From Hydrolagus colliei (taxonomy: Eukaryota): a DNA stretch of 64,000 bases. The stretch lies in assembly GCA_035084275.1 (NCBI GenBank), contig CM068748.1:10478001-10542000 (forward strand), written 5' to 3'. Below the pieces are notes generated by a model. It saw only the letters and a program-made list of their open reading frames with translations. It searched no databases and had not been told where the DNA came from. Made by a program: the position numbers and the translations under genes. Of this stretch, positions 50,675 to 62,869 are shown in pieces (positions within the stretch are counted from its first letter, which is position 1; each line of letters opens with the position of its first letter).

Positions 50675-52110
50675 TTAGTGCCCTGTGTGAGGATTGCTAT
50701 TATAAATGCAAGTTGTTGTGATTAAATGAGTTGGCAAGTTCATTATACTTCCAAACTTCTGGTCAGATGCCACTGAGATGTAAAATCTTAATTTCTAGGA
50801 GTTTGGGGAGAAGAAAAGAGAATCTTAGAAGAATAATTACTGTAGTAATTTAAATTAGAAGATTGCTTCAGAAAGAGAAAGTGAGAGAATAGAGAGTTTC
50901 ATTTTATTCTGTTTAGGAATGCTACACTGGTGCTTAAAGAGTCAACCAGATATTGCAATATTCATGTAGGTATATGTGTGCTTCAATAAAGAGTTAATTG
51001 TTAAGATTGTGATTGAGAGGCAGTTGTTAAGAAAACCATAGCATCCATAGATACAAGCTCATAAATCAAAAAAACAGATGTGTGAAAACTCCCAATATTC
51101 TTGAAAAACAGTCCCAAGACATTGGAGTAGATGTGAACATTACATTTGAAATTAGAGGAGATAGAAGTGAAAAATTATGGATAGTTATGAACCATGGTAA
51201 GGGATTGTGGTGGTTGGTTAGACTTCTGAGACATAGAAAAACTCTTTAAAGAAGAGAAAGAAATTTGATTTTTATTGCTCTTGAAAAAGATAGTTGATCA
51301 TTGTTCAGTTGTAGCTGTGTGGGAAGAAAAGTGGTTTGCACTGCTGATATGTTTTTGTGGCCTACATAATTTATTTATTTCACAAGGTTCAATAGATTAA
51401 TCCATGTCAGTTAAACAGTTACATAGCTAAAACTGGAGATTACAGATATTTTTCTGTTCATTTAGTTAGAAAATATATAGGTTAATGGTTGGTGTATTTT
51501 TGCAACTGTATACGTGCACTTTCTGTGAATCTGTTATCTTCGTCCCCCACTACCTCCCCCCACCCCCCACTCCATTCAACACATGTTTTTTTCCTTCCTC
51601 CTGTTTCACCAGCTTTCTATATCTTTCTGTGGCCAACAGGTGGTGCACTTTAAGCAAACTAGGTTGACTTATGTTCAGTCAATGCCACTGAGTGGCGCTC
51701 CACGCAATTGCGAAATAAAGCAAGCCGAAAATCACTGCAGGTTTCTTTGTGCACCATTTTGTGAAAACAAACCCCAGAATTGTTTTTTTTTAAAAAGTAG
51801 AAATAATACTCATATCAGTATATCGTGTATACCATCATTATCTACATTCACAGAGACGTTAGGATCTGGTCATTTCAGAAAATAACGAGCCACATTCAGT
51901 TGCATCAGAGTTCTAGCTTTTTAATTTATTTTAAATGTGTTTTTTTATATACTATTCATGAAGAGACTACTTTTTGGTAAATCTGTAATTTAGTCTGATT
52001 CTAAAATTAGCTTTGGGTAATACATTTCTTGTTTATAATCTCTTGAAGTATTGTTAATACAGTAAATGGATCCATTTGCAATGGAATTAGAATTTTGAGA
52101 CCTTCCCCAC

Positions 52111-52470
52111 AACATAAGAACATAACAAGTAAGAGCAGCAGTAGGCCATTTGGCCCGTCGAGCCTGACCTGCCATTTGATAAGATCATGTCTAATCCTCT
52201 ATCCTAATTCCATTTACCTTCCCTATCCCCATATCCCTTAATCCCTTTAGCTTTTAAAAAAAAACTGTGTTCAATGACTGAGCATCACAGCCTTCTGGGG
52301 TAGAGAATTCCATAAATTCACTACCCGCTGAGTGAAGAAATGTTTTCTCAACTCAGTCCAAAAAGACTAATCTTTAATCCTGAGACTATCACCCCTGGTT
52401 CTAGATTCTCCAACCAAGGGAAACAGTCTTACAACATCGACCCTGTCAAGGCCCTCATGAATCTTATAGG
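52111..52470 (-). mobile_element. CR1 LINE 3' fragment
   Basis: aacataagaacataac tail; similar to 43081-43720 (acccgctgagtgaagaaatgttttctc..). Confidence 0.8.
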
Positions 52471-52499
52471 TTTCTATATAAGATAGCATGAGGTGAAAG

Positions 52500-53150
52500 G
52501 GTTAGCAGAAAAAGGGGTTTAGGGATCCAATTTCCTCAAGTCATTAAAAGCCTGTTAGTGTCTGAGAAAAGGCAAACAAATGGGATCATGGAATTTGGGG
52601 ATTCATTACACAAAATTAAGAATGTAAAAAGCATAGAAGTACTACTGTAATTGTAACTGTAACAATTGCACTGAATATTAATTTAGTATTGTGTTCTGTT
52701 CAGGTAGCATTTTTATTTCTTCAGAGACCAGTTAAGAAACCAGAATGATCTGGAATGCTCTAATCTGGAAATAAACATAACTGGGGTGGATGGGCTTAAT
52801 TCTACTGAGACATTATGAATTTAGGTGTTATTCCTGGGCATTGAGGAGTTTGGGGCACCCAATTAAGGCAATGGTAGACAAATCAAGAGCAAGAGGACAT
52901 AACCCTAAAATTGAAGGTATTGTTTCATACTTAAACTTTAAAATATTTATTCACAACAAAGTGAAAAAAAATGTTTAATACATTCCATGAGGTTTGAAAT
53001 ATCAAATCAATTGAGGTGCTTGAAAGACAGCAACGATACTTGGGGAAATAAAGGGATAACATGAAGAGTGGAAAATGGATTTAAAACTAATGAAATGCCA
53101 AATGGCAGAGCAGGCTTGACAGGGCAAATTGCCCATCTTTGCTTATCTCA
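52500..53150 (+). mobile_element. Highly decayed CR1 fragment
   Basis: tattgtgttctgttc (YCVQF-like), caagagcaagaggacat (TRGH-like), 3' UTR-like ggcttgacagggcaaattgcc. Confidence 0.45.
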
Positions 53151-54904
53151 TGAATTAAGACTTTTTGCCTTTGAATTTTTTTAAAGTATTGCTGACATTT
53201 GTAGAGGCTGAAAAAGTACAAGTTGTTGCAGATTTCCCTGACTTTGGAGGTGGAAAAGAAAATAGTAATTCTGCTGTTAAACGGTGATGTTGACTTGTGG
53301 AGAAGTTTAACATGGTCTAATGAAAAATAGTTTTAAGAAGGAAGCTCCGCAGGACAGCAGAAATACTAGAGGGGAGTGAGAATCATAAAAACTTGATACA
53401 GTCTCATTATCTGCATTTTAATAAACCCCAAGGGATTGAGCAAGATCCTGGTTTGTTTTGTGTGACACACAATATGTTTTACTGTTTGTAACTGTGCTTC
53501 TGCCCTTAATTTGATTAGATGCAGAGCAGAGCTAATACAGACGCTGAAACAGATCTGACACCATGAACCCTTCCTGCACTTGGCAGTCATAATGGGAAAT
53601 GCTGGTGTCCATTTGCATTCACAAAGGGAGGGAAGTGACAGGTCAGGGAGGTAGCCAAACCCCAGTAAATTGGTTAATTCTATTAATTTTTAAATTTGCC
53701 ATGAGAAGGAATAGTTTCCAAGACTACATTGTTATGTTATCCATCTCTTTAGTGGGTATTCGTATGCTCTAATGATCTGGAAACAAGTAATTTACTCATT
53801 ACTTCTAGGTTGCAGTTGTGATCTGCAATGGGGAGGAAAAAAAGACCCAAAGAAGTCTGGAACATTTTTGCAATTTCTTCTTGCGAAACTTTCATTTACT
53901 TTTGACAAAAAGCAAGTAAAACACAGTATGTTGCCCATCGTCACAGCTTTGAATTTGTACTACTTGTTCAAGAGACCTCTAAACAAGGTCACTTACTCTG
54001 AAATTCCAGCCACGGGTATGCATAGTTTTAACCCCACATGAGATTTTTTTTTACAAACCAAGTGGCAATAGAATAGTTTGGGGCTCAGCTAGGTCAGCAA
54101 TTGGGATGTTACAACTGGTTTTATAACCTCTGGGTTAAAGTGAGGAGGAAAATAGTCAGAGTTTCTTATGTTGATGGCTATCAAGCAATCTCTGCACTGT
54201 GTAGCAGTCAGGTAGACTAAGTTTAGTTGTGATATTGCCCAAGGTTGAATTGCTGCCTTGAGCTGCTTACTGTCAATGTTCACAGAATAATGGCTAATTG
54301 GGCTCATTGGCAGTAGGTGTGTGGAATCGAAACATGTTTACCATATTCTCATTTGTTTGTTTCTTGCAGGTCAGGTTTTCTTGACCGGGGTGTTGGTGGG
54401 GTGGAGAGGCGGGGTTTGGATGGAGAGCAAGCTTCATTTAAAAAAAATGCAATTCACACTTAAACTGCAGAGCACCAGCCCATACCAAAGTTCATTTTGC
54501 AGCCTACTTCCAGACATCTGTTAGCATTCTACAACCAACAGCTGGGAAACATGAGTTTTACTTGTTTGCTTTCTCCCTCTTTTTGGGGGGGGTGGGGTCT
54601 TAAGGGTACCACTCTGTAACAAACTATATCAGATTATCTGCATTGGAATAAACTCAAGAATTCAAACATTAGGGAATCAACTATTTTCAAACAGTAGGTG
54701 ATAGATTGAAGGTTATTAATAACTTCTGTTTCAGTGAATATTTAAAGGGTTGATTGGAGTTCAACTAGTTAATTCACTGTGAATAAGCTAACAGCACAGA
54801 TCAGGACCTGGAAATGCACATGTAACTGCTAATTGTGTACAGTATCAAGCAATCTCTGCACTGTGTAGCAGTGTAACATTTCAACAAAGTCATTTTAAAA
54901 ACCT

Positions 54905-55035
54905 AATAATAATCGTGCATTTGATATAGCGCTTTTCACATCTTAATGACGTATCAAATGCAAGGATTATTATAAAGCGCTTCACAGAATATACTGTAAA
55001 ATGAATTGACTGTATATATGTGGGTGAAACACAGC
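54905..55035 (-). mobile_element. SINE tail with small internal inversion
   Basis: aataataatcgtgcatttgatatagcgcttttcac.. interrupted by sense-orientation tatcaaatgcaaggattatt. Confidence 0.65.
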
Positions 55036-55289
55036 AGATTTAAAACGCTCAATTTGTATTATTGTGGTTTTTTTTGGACAAATTATTATTAGGCATATGA
55101 GGGTGCAACTGAGAGAAACATTGCCTCAGTCAGGGTTATAACATCAGTTATACTGGGGTGAAAAACAACTTCACAATTTTGTCTTCCCCTTTAAGATACT
55201 TTAGTTTGTTGCTTCTTGATCAGTTGTGCTGAAATACTTAGGGACCATAATTGCTCTTATGATTGACATTGGTTTCATCTTGGGTTTGA

Positions 55290-55510
55290 TCCTAAACTGT
55301 GCGTCATACCCCACATCGGTTCCGTAACCCCTTACACCTTTCCCCACCTTCACAACATCGCCAAGTTCTGGCACTGTCTCACATCGCAGGCCACCAAGAC
55401 CATCATACATGCATTCATAACATCCAGACTGGATTACACAAACTCCCTGCTTGTCAGTCTCCCCAACTCCACTCTCCATGGGCTGCAGCTCATCCAGATC
55501 TCTGCAAATG
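55290..55510 (+). mobile_element. L2 LINE fragment
   Basis: HLHNIAKF..IIHAFITSRLDYTNSLL-like segment. Confidence 0.75.
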
Positions 55511-56777
55511 CAAAGATTCTCATTGCACAGAGTTGGGTATTTATTCAAGTTGTTTTTAGTACTGTTAAGGTACATAATTCAGGGCATATAGTATAATGCC
55601 CTGTGGGTAAGTCTGCCTTATCCTGTGAAGAAAATCATTTTGGAGATTGGTAGAATTCTTAGTTACTCTACTCCATCTAGATGTCCTGAAGGAATTAAAT
55701 TACAGCACCTCATGAACCACTGTGAATGCTTAGATTTCTCATTCTCCAGTGTTAAATGAAAGTAATCCCAGTTCAAAATGAAAAGTTGTACTTTGTCCAT
55801 GTGGGGGATGATGTTTTAGCCCAATCTGTTGATTTTTCTAATCTCTGTATAAATCATCGTACTAATGCTTCATTTATATTCCAGTTTATGACTTTATAAA
55901 TTGCATGTAAAGTACAACTGCAAACATCATCCAATATTATATGGCCTTCATTGCTGAATATTGTTTTAGTCTCCATTTATCTTGAATACTGCCGATTACT
56001 GTTGACTTTTCCACGTGACAAAAATATATATGGGGATTAGCTTCATTGTCTACATTGTGTAATTGACATTGTAATTGTTTTGTAATTTCATACATTAATC
56101 TTGTTGTGAGCAGTGAACAATCATTTAAGGATATTGTTTGGCTTCATGTGCCCAAGGCTCTATTGTTGAAAATGTTTCCCCTAGGTGATCTAAATGTTTC
56201 AAAAAGTGTATTCTTGCTTTAAAATTTGCAAAGAAATATATTGTTGCCATCTGCTCTCCAGCCAGCTATCACAAAGAGTTAGGCTAACATTCAGCCGATG
56301 TAGTAGTTTGGTTGCTCGTTTCCAGTTTTCAGTTATTTACAGTTCATACAGAATTCATTTGAATACATGCTGCTTACTGATTAGCTTTAAAACAGAAACC
56401 AGTTCATTTGAAGATACGGCATCTCATTTCCACTGATTTCGCTGAAAGGCAGTAGTGTGAAGCAGCCTAATTTGTTTTTAATGAAAATGTTTTGCACTTT
56501 CATTTTTTCCATTGAGACCTTTTAAAAATCGATTGCACCATCAGGTACTTCCTCCTCCCCAACCACCACATACACACACACACAGACACACATCAGTCTT
56601 CCAACCTGCGCAGGCTCACGTTTAAAAATTTGAGACATTTTCCTTTGTGAAATGCAGTATATAATTTTGAATTCAGCATGATTTGCCTTGCAGCATTTGA
56701 AAACTGCATGCAGAAAACTTCTAGAATTTTTGCTTCAGCTCCTTTCCTGATGTACATTTTATCTGTTTTCTACACAG

Positions 56778-56950
56778 AGCATTACGGCATTGTGAACAGT
56801 TGATCACAAGATATAATCGAGCAGATACCTTTTGCAAAGCAAATAGCAATTGTCTCCCAAAGATCACTGCCTCCAACCATATAGGCAAAGCAGTAGAGGA
56901 CTGCATGAGAGCAATCTTTGGGGTCTTGCTCAACTTGACTAATGACAACG
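56778..56950 (+). CDS. WAPL: WAPL exon 13
   Basis: tacacag|[42 protein letters not shown]; G|gtaagt; phase 2-1. Confidence 0.96.
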
Positions 56951-58064
56951 GTAAGTTATTGCTAGATGTTGGTCCCTACCTTCTTGGTTCAAGTAACTTG
57001 GAACAGTTAAGCAGCAATACATAATGGTCCTGTAGTTTGTAATGTAATCTGTAGTTTGCAGCCCACTGTATTACAAGCTTATGAAATATTAATGAACAAG
57101 TAAACAAGTGTGTAGAACAGTAAAGTGCAATACCTTGCAGAAAAATAGTTGTATGCTCCTGTTTGGTTTTTAGAATTTTTTTTCTACAGCATTCTTACGA
57201 GGGAGAGAAATTGTACCCGGCTTCAGAATTGTTAATATGCCGATGAGAAAGTAAATCTAAAACATAATGCCACAGTGCTGCTGTTTTTCCAGTAGTAGGT
57301 CTTCAATTATTAATGTAATTTTTAATGAAAAATCCTAGAGATGCATACTCTACTTTAGCAGGTCAACCATTCTGAAGAAAACCTTGTTAGTGGCAACTTG
57401 CATAATGGACTGAAAGATACAGATTCTCTCAGTGGTAGTAAATATCATTCATTTAGAAATAATATTTGCATTGAAATAGTATTGAATCCATCTGGTTTCG
57501 TATTTGCAGTTCATGATTAATAGACTCATCTTATCTCTCAGAATTTTTTATATATCCAAAAATATATTCCAAAGTTTGTTTTAACTCCATGGATGGTGGG
57601 GGAGGGGGGGTGGAGTGGAGAGAAGTGCAAGGCTTATTTTGTGGCTGTAAAAAAAACGTCTTGCATGTGCTGGTATTCCACTGATAATTTCACAATTTAA
57701 CTATTTCAATTATTAATAATAAAATTAGTTAAATTATGTTTTGTCTCCCAACATGATCTGTTATGGACCAGTAATCTGTTTGAATTGGCATTAGCATATT
57801 AATATTTCTGACAGTTGCTGCTTATTCTCACATATCAATGTTACAAATCTGATGTTGAATATATGGTGGTATCAGCATATATCAACCACGTTGGGTTTTT
57901 AAAAGCTCATATTGTTCTTACCTTTATATTCCTAAATACAGCAGAAAGTGCCTTATATTATCTGTTTCGCCATCCAAGGAAAATAAAGTATTTTTATCCT
58001 TGACATAAGTGCCATAGCAATGAAAGAACAGACCTATGGAGCTTATGTCAAGCAGCCTTAAAAT

Positions 58065-58560
58065 ACAGGTATCCCTCCCCAACCGCGGGGGATACGTTCC
58101 TCTAAACCTTCTAGATTGGAAATTGCCTTTTCACGGTTGGGAAATGCATGGCCCTATGCGAAACATGGGGATAGGGGGAGTAAGTTCACGTTTCGTAGAA
58201 CTAAACACAAAAACAACATACAGTTATAACATACATGGGGATAGGGGAAGTAAGTTTGGGCGCATTGGCTGCCAGGATCTGCAGTAATCTGCGAGGCTGT
58301 CTGACTGACTTACACAGAGAGAGGGAGAGAGAGACACAGAGGGTGTTGTGTGGTGGGGGTGACACGGATGGCTGTCTGACTGAATGATACAGACAGAGAG
58401 AGGGGGAGCAGGGAGGTGGGGGGAAGAGAAGGTGAAATAGAGAGGTGAGAGAGAAGCTGATAGGCGGGAAATGCGGAGCGGATGAATGTGGTCCCTTGTT
58501 TGGAAGAGTGAAATTTGAAAATTTAAACCCACGGATTTAAATTGCAGACGAGGGTTTAAC
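58065..58560. mobile_element. Probable Tigger-like MITE with GA-rich interior
   Basis: TA|CAGGTATCCCTCCCCAACCGCGGGGGATACGTTCC left end. CpG-rich; right TIR degenerate. Confidence 0.45.
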
Positions 58561-58886
58561 CAGTGAGGACTGAATACTAATAAGGGCGGTACACGGGGGT
58601 CAGTTACAATCGGGCTGCACCTTTCTTACTTGTAAACTGTTTGGCACCAGCCAACAATAAACTCCAGCCTCTCCATTTAGCAATCTCCAATAAGAAGTGG
58701 TATTGCATTGCTTCTGGTGGAGCAATTGGGGTTTGATTCATGTCAGATAATAATTTTGAATAAGTGTCTAATTTGTAATATGATCTTAATCAAGGAATAA
58801 ATTCTACTTTTTAGTGGATCATTCTGGTGGGTATACTATTGTAACTAATTGTGTTGCTGCTTGTTTCATTACCTATTTTCTTTCAG

Positions 58887-59002
58887 AATGGGGCAGCACA
58901 AAGACTGGTGAACAGGAATCTCTAATCAGTACAACAATGAACTGCGTGCTTCAAGTGCCACGATACATACCTCAGGAACAAAGATTTGATATTCGAGTGC
59001 TG
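58887..59002 (+). CDS. WAPL: WAPL exon 14
   Basis: tttcag|(E)[38 protein letters not shown]; CTG|gtaaga; phase 1-0. Confidence 0.97.
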
Positions 59003-59461
59003 GTAAGAAATCCCAAACTGTACAGGCAATGCTGAATAGTTTTTTCAAATTATGGACTTTCTGATCAGTTTTACTTTCCTCGTGACACAAAAGCTTCTAT
59101 GTAGATATAAATTTGTTGTTGCGCTGCAACCAATTCATTTTTTAAAACTTTTATAACACACTAAAGGCATTTTTTAAGTTGATTTAATTTATTCTTCATT
59201 TTATTTATTTTCCAATTCATCCCTAATGTGCCTAATTATCTATTTAAAAGTGCATTAGAAGTATTCATAAAGAATAAAGGGATTAATTCACAAAACTTAA
59301 CGAGCGAAGGACAATAGAACTTTGTCTTAACATCAACAACACAACATGGAGTACACAAAGTAGAAACGTACACTGTTCTACGAAACTGGTTTACCTCACA
59401 GCGTTGGGACAGGAATTTCCAGCATCAGTGGGGTCTTGTCAAAAGTCTTGTGTGCGTTACG

Positions 59462-59760
59462 TTAGCAAGGCTCATTTAGTTGCACTCCCATCTCTGATAG
59501 AGGGTTGTGAGTTCAACCTTCTAATTACTGAGGCAGCACTCTGTCATCAGAGGTACTGAATTTTGGATGAAACATAAAAGCTAAGACGGGACGTCCTCCT
59601 GACCTGAATTACGTTTCACAAATGTAATTTTGTTGTCATTAGATAAACATTAAAGATCCCATAATACCATTGTTTATCCTGCTATCCTGGAAAATAATTC
59701 ACTAGATTAATAAAATGTGCATGGATGTTCGTGGGACCTTGGTAGTTGAAATGGCTGTAG
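59462..59760 (+). mobile_element. Old Deu-domain SINE with nested L2 tail
   Basis: gagggttgtgagttcaacc..ttttggatgaaacataaaa..taaagatcccata; L2 tail at about 59587-59637. Confidence 0.45.
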
Positions 59761-59931
59761 TCATGCTAAATATGGAAGCGGTGGAAATTGAATTCTTTTT
59801 CCCCTATCTTTGCCCAGGCTATACGTTTGGCTAGCAAATTGGAATGCATGAGCAAGGCTGCATTTTGTATACAGGCTAAAATTCCCTGAAGGGTTTCTTA
59901 AAGACTGCTCATATTTTCCATTGTTTTGTAG

Positions 59932-60093
59932 GGTCTAGGCCTGCTGATTAATCTGGTGGAACACAGTGCTCGCAATAGGCATTGCTTGGTTAACATGGAA
60001 ACCCCTGGCTCCTTTGACTCATTTTGCGCTGTGGATGGAGATGATAGTTTGCACGTGGAAGGCGAGGTTGGTGCCATTCAAGCTTTAGTCCAG
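59932..60093 (+). CDS. WAPL: WAPL exon 15
   Basis: ttgtag|[24 protein letters not shown]...AIQALVQ; CAG|gtgagt; 162 nt. Confidence 0.97.
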
Positions 60094-60148
60094 GTGAGTG
60101 TCAATTATTATGTTAAGGCTTCAATTCCAATAGATAAGAATATACTTA

Positions 60149-61097
60149 CCGTATATCTCCGCGTATAAGGCGCACCCGCGTATAAGGCGCACCCCCCGTT
60201 TTTGACCTTTTCTTGGTGAAAAAAACCGGAAGCATTTTCAGTGATATTGCCAGCAGAAGGGAGGAGAGACAGGTAGGTAGGGAGAGAGAGAGAGGCAGGG
60301 AGGGAGAGAGGGAGAGAGGCAGGCCGGCAGCCTGGGAGAGAGAGAGGCAGGCAGGCATGCAGGCAGGGAGGGAGAGCGGCAGCCCGGGAGAGAGAGAGGG
60401 AGAGCGGCAGGGCGGCAGCCTGGGAGAGAGAGAGGGAGAGAGGCAGGCCGGCAGCGTGGGAGAGAGAGAGGGAGAGAGGCAGGCCGGCAGCCCGGGAGAG
60501 AGAGAGGGAGAGCGGCAGCCCGGGAGGGAGGGAGGGAGGAAGGGAGGGAGAGCGGCAGGTCGGCAGCCCGGGAGAGAGAGAGAGAGAGGCAGGTCGGCAG
60601 CCTGGGAGAGAGAGGGAGAGCAGGCCGGCAGCCCGGGAGGGAGAGAGGCAGGTTGGCAGCCCGGGAGAGAGAGAGGGAGAGAGGCAGGTCGGCAGCCCGG
60701 GAGAGAGAGAGGGAGAGCGGCAGGCCGGCAGCCTGGGAGAGAGAGAGGGAGAGAGGCAGGCCGGCACGCAGGCAGTGAGGGAGGGAGAGAGAGCGGCAGG
60801 GAGAGAGAGCAGCAGGGAGTGAGGCAGGCAGACTGGGTTCGGCAGAAGGTAAGCACAGCACTGAAGTCCGCTGCTGCTGCCGCTGCCCAGGCGGCCGAGG
60901 CCGAAGCCCTATCACCCGCTCCCCCCCAACCCCCGCCGGACACTGACCAAACCCCGGCTGACAGCGCGCCGGCCGCCCCTCCTGTTTACTGTATTTCCGA
61001 GGCTCAAAATTGCTTGTACCTGCGTATAGGGCGCACCCCCAACTTTTGAGATCTTCCGACCTGAAAAAAAGTGCGCCTTATACGCAGAGATATATGG
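60149..61097. mobile_element. Tc2-like MITE, copy 2, carrying a minisatellite of about 32-bp units
   Basis: TA|CCGTATATCTCCGCGTATAAGGCGCAC...GTGCGCCTTATACGCAGAGATATATGG|TA. Ends homologous to 49976-50385. Interior about 60260-60830 is ggcaggccggcagcccgggagagagagagggagaga repeats. Confidence 0.9.
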
Positions 61098-61725
61098 TAT
61101 GTAAAAATGTTAAGATTCATCAAAAACCCATAACAGGATCCAAAAGAATCTCCAATAAGAATGTAATTAATTGATGAGATTATTTCTATCAAAGTTACAA
61201 TAATTTGGACTTAATTCTTACTGTTGGAGCATCTTGGTACTAGCAGACTAGAAGTAATGTCCAAAAAAGTGACCTATCAAATGAAAAGATTGTTATTATG
61301 AAAACTTTTTTTATCTCCCAACGCACATCAGGGATTCTGAAATTGCAATTGTGCATGAAAGGTCTGGTATAGAATTTTGAAGTGGACTATTTGAGTGTAT
61401 AATTATTAGTGGAAACCAAACAGATTTCTGTTCCTCCTGCAAAATCTCCCAAGCCAAGTAACCATAACCCATATTCTTCTGGCAAATTTCAGTCTTCCAT
61501 ATTAGAGCAAAGGTGCATCAGTCATGCTTCAAGCAGCATGTGTCAGTATTTTAACATCTGAGGAAAAATTAGGTAACAAATATTGCTTCACTCTAGCATA
61601 TGAACATTCTGGCATAAATCCACCTCCTTTATGTAAGATGGGTGCATTGAGCACACTTGTGTAACTTGTATATGGTTTTCAAATGCAGTGGGGGAAAAAT
61701 TGGATTCTTCTTTTGTGTTCTTCAG

Positions 61726-61936
61726 TTGTTTCTTCAGCGGGAACGAGCAGCCCGGTTAGCGGAGACAGAGACTGATGATTTTATTAAAGACACACCGGTG
61801 CCGCCTCAGGACCAGAGTGGCCAATGGCAGGAGACCGCTGGGTCACTGGAATGGGTGCAGTCAGAAAACATCACCAAGACTGAGGGTGAAAATGAAAAGA
61901 AGGAGGAGGAGGATGAAGAGATTGATCTAAATAAAG
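61726..61936 (+). CDS. WAPL: WAPL exon 16
   Basis: cttcag|LFLQRERAARLAE...EEEDEEIDLNK; G|gtattg; phase 0-1. Confidence 0.96.
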
Positions 61937-62393
61937 GTATTGAAAGGGCACTTTGAGTGTGAGTAAAGCCATATCTTCAGTATTAATCTGTTAGCTGATC
62001 TATGGAAACTTCCGTCTCCATAGGTTAACCATTTCTTTAAGTTTACATTAACAACTACCTTTGGGAATTTTAGAAATGTTTTTTTCTCTCCTAATTTCTC
62101 CTTCACAATGAATCCCAGCCAACCACACAGAGCCCAAGGCCTCTATTGTGGGGGATGATCACTCCATTCATTATTTTTAGAAAATGGAGATGGACAGCTA
62201 TGTGTGAATTGGATTCTTAACTTACTATTTTAATATGCTAAGTGACCATCGTGAATTCTCCCTTTTGAAGATTATTTGTGTTTCTGAGAATGAGGAGAAA
62301 ACGATCCTTTTTGTTTTTATGTTTTTCATTCTTTAACTTTCACATCATGTCTAATTTTGGAAAGAATTATTCTAATTTGTAAATTCTTAACAG

Positions 62394-62482
62394 CCTTGCA
62401 GCACGCTGGGAAGCACATGGAAGACTGCATCGTGGCCTCCTACACTGCACTGCTTTTGGGCTGCCTCTGCCAAGAGAGTCCA
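62394..62482 (+). CDS. WAPL: WAPL exon 17 (gene continues beyond the window)
   Basis: ttaacag|(A)[29 protein letters not shown]; CCA|gtgagt; no stop codon reached. Confidence 0.97.
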
Positions 62483-62869
62483 GTGAGTATCTGCATGGAG
62501 GTTAGAGAGTCTGCCCTGTGATTAATAAACTGTAGAAGTGAAGTCTTATTTCTCAGAACTGGAGTTTAAATCAAAGGAAATACAGTAGAACCCTGTTATA
62601 ATGCGCTAGTTTTACATTATTAACATCCCAACCAGCCTTGTAACAAGACAAGATCAGCTGACAGTGATGTTATTGCACATTTGCAAAGAAAGCAGGCCAA
62701 TTTCCCGCATTAAAACATGGCTGACTTTCAAGTTATTAGTGGTCCGCTGACGTTGCTTCCTGCTTGCTGTACATGTGTATCTTGCTGTGCTGAATCTAGA
62801 AACAGCTGTCATCACCTCCATCCTGAAAAAAACCTTCACTGGACGCACCCCTACTCTCCAGTTACTGCT

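Noticed and set aside
52111-53150. Twin-priming inversion of one CR1
   Set aside because: The two halves overlap in CR1 coordinates and differ greatly in decay, so they are probably independent insertions.
60108-61049. ORFs of 219-278 aa
   Set aside because: Translations of the minisatellite inside a MITE.
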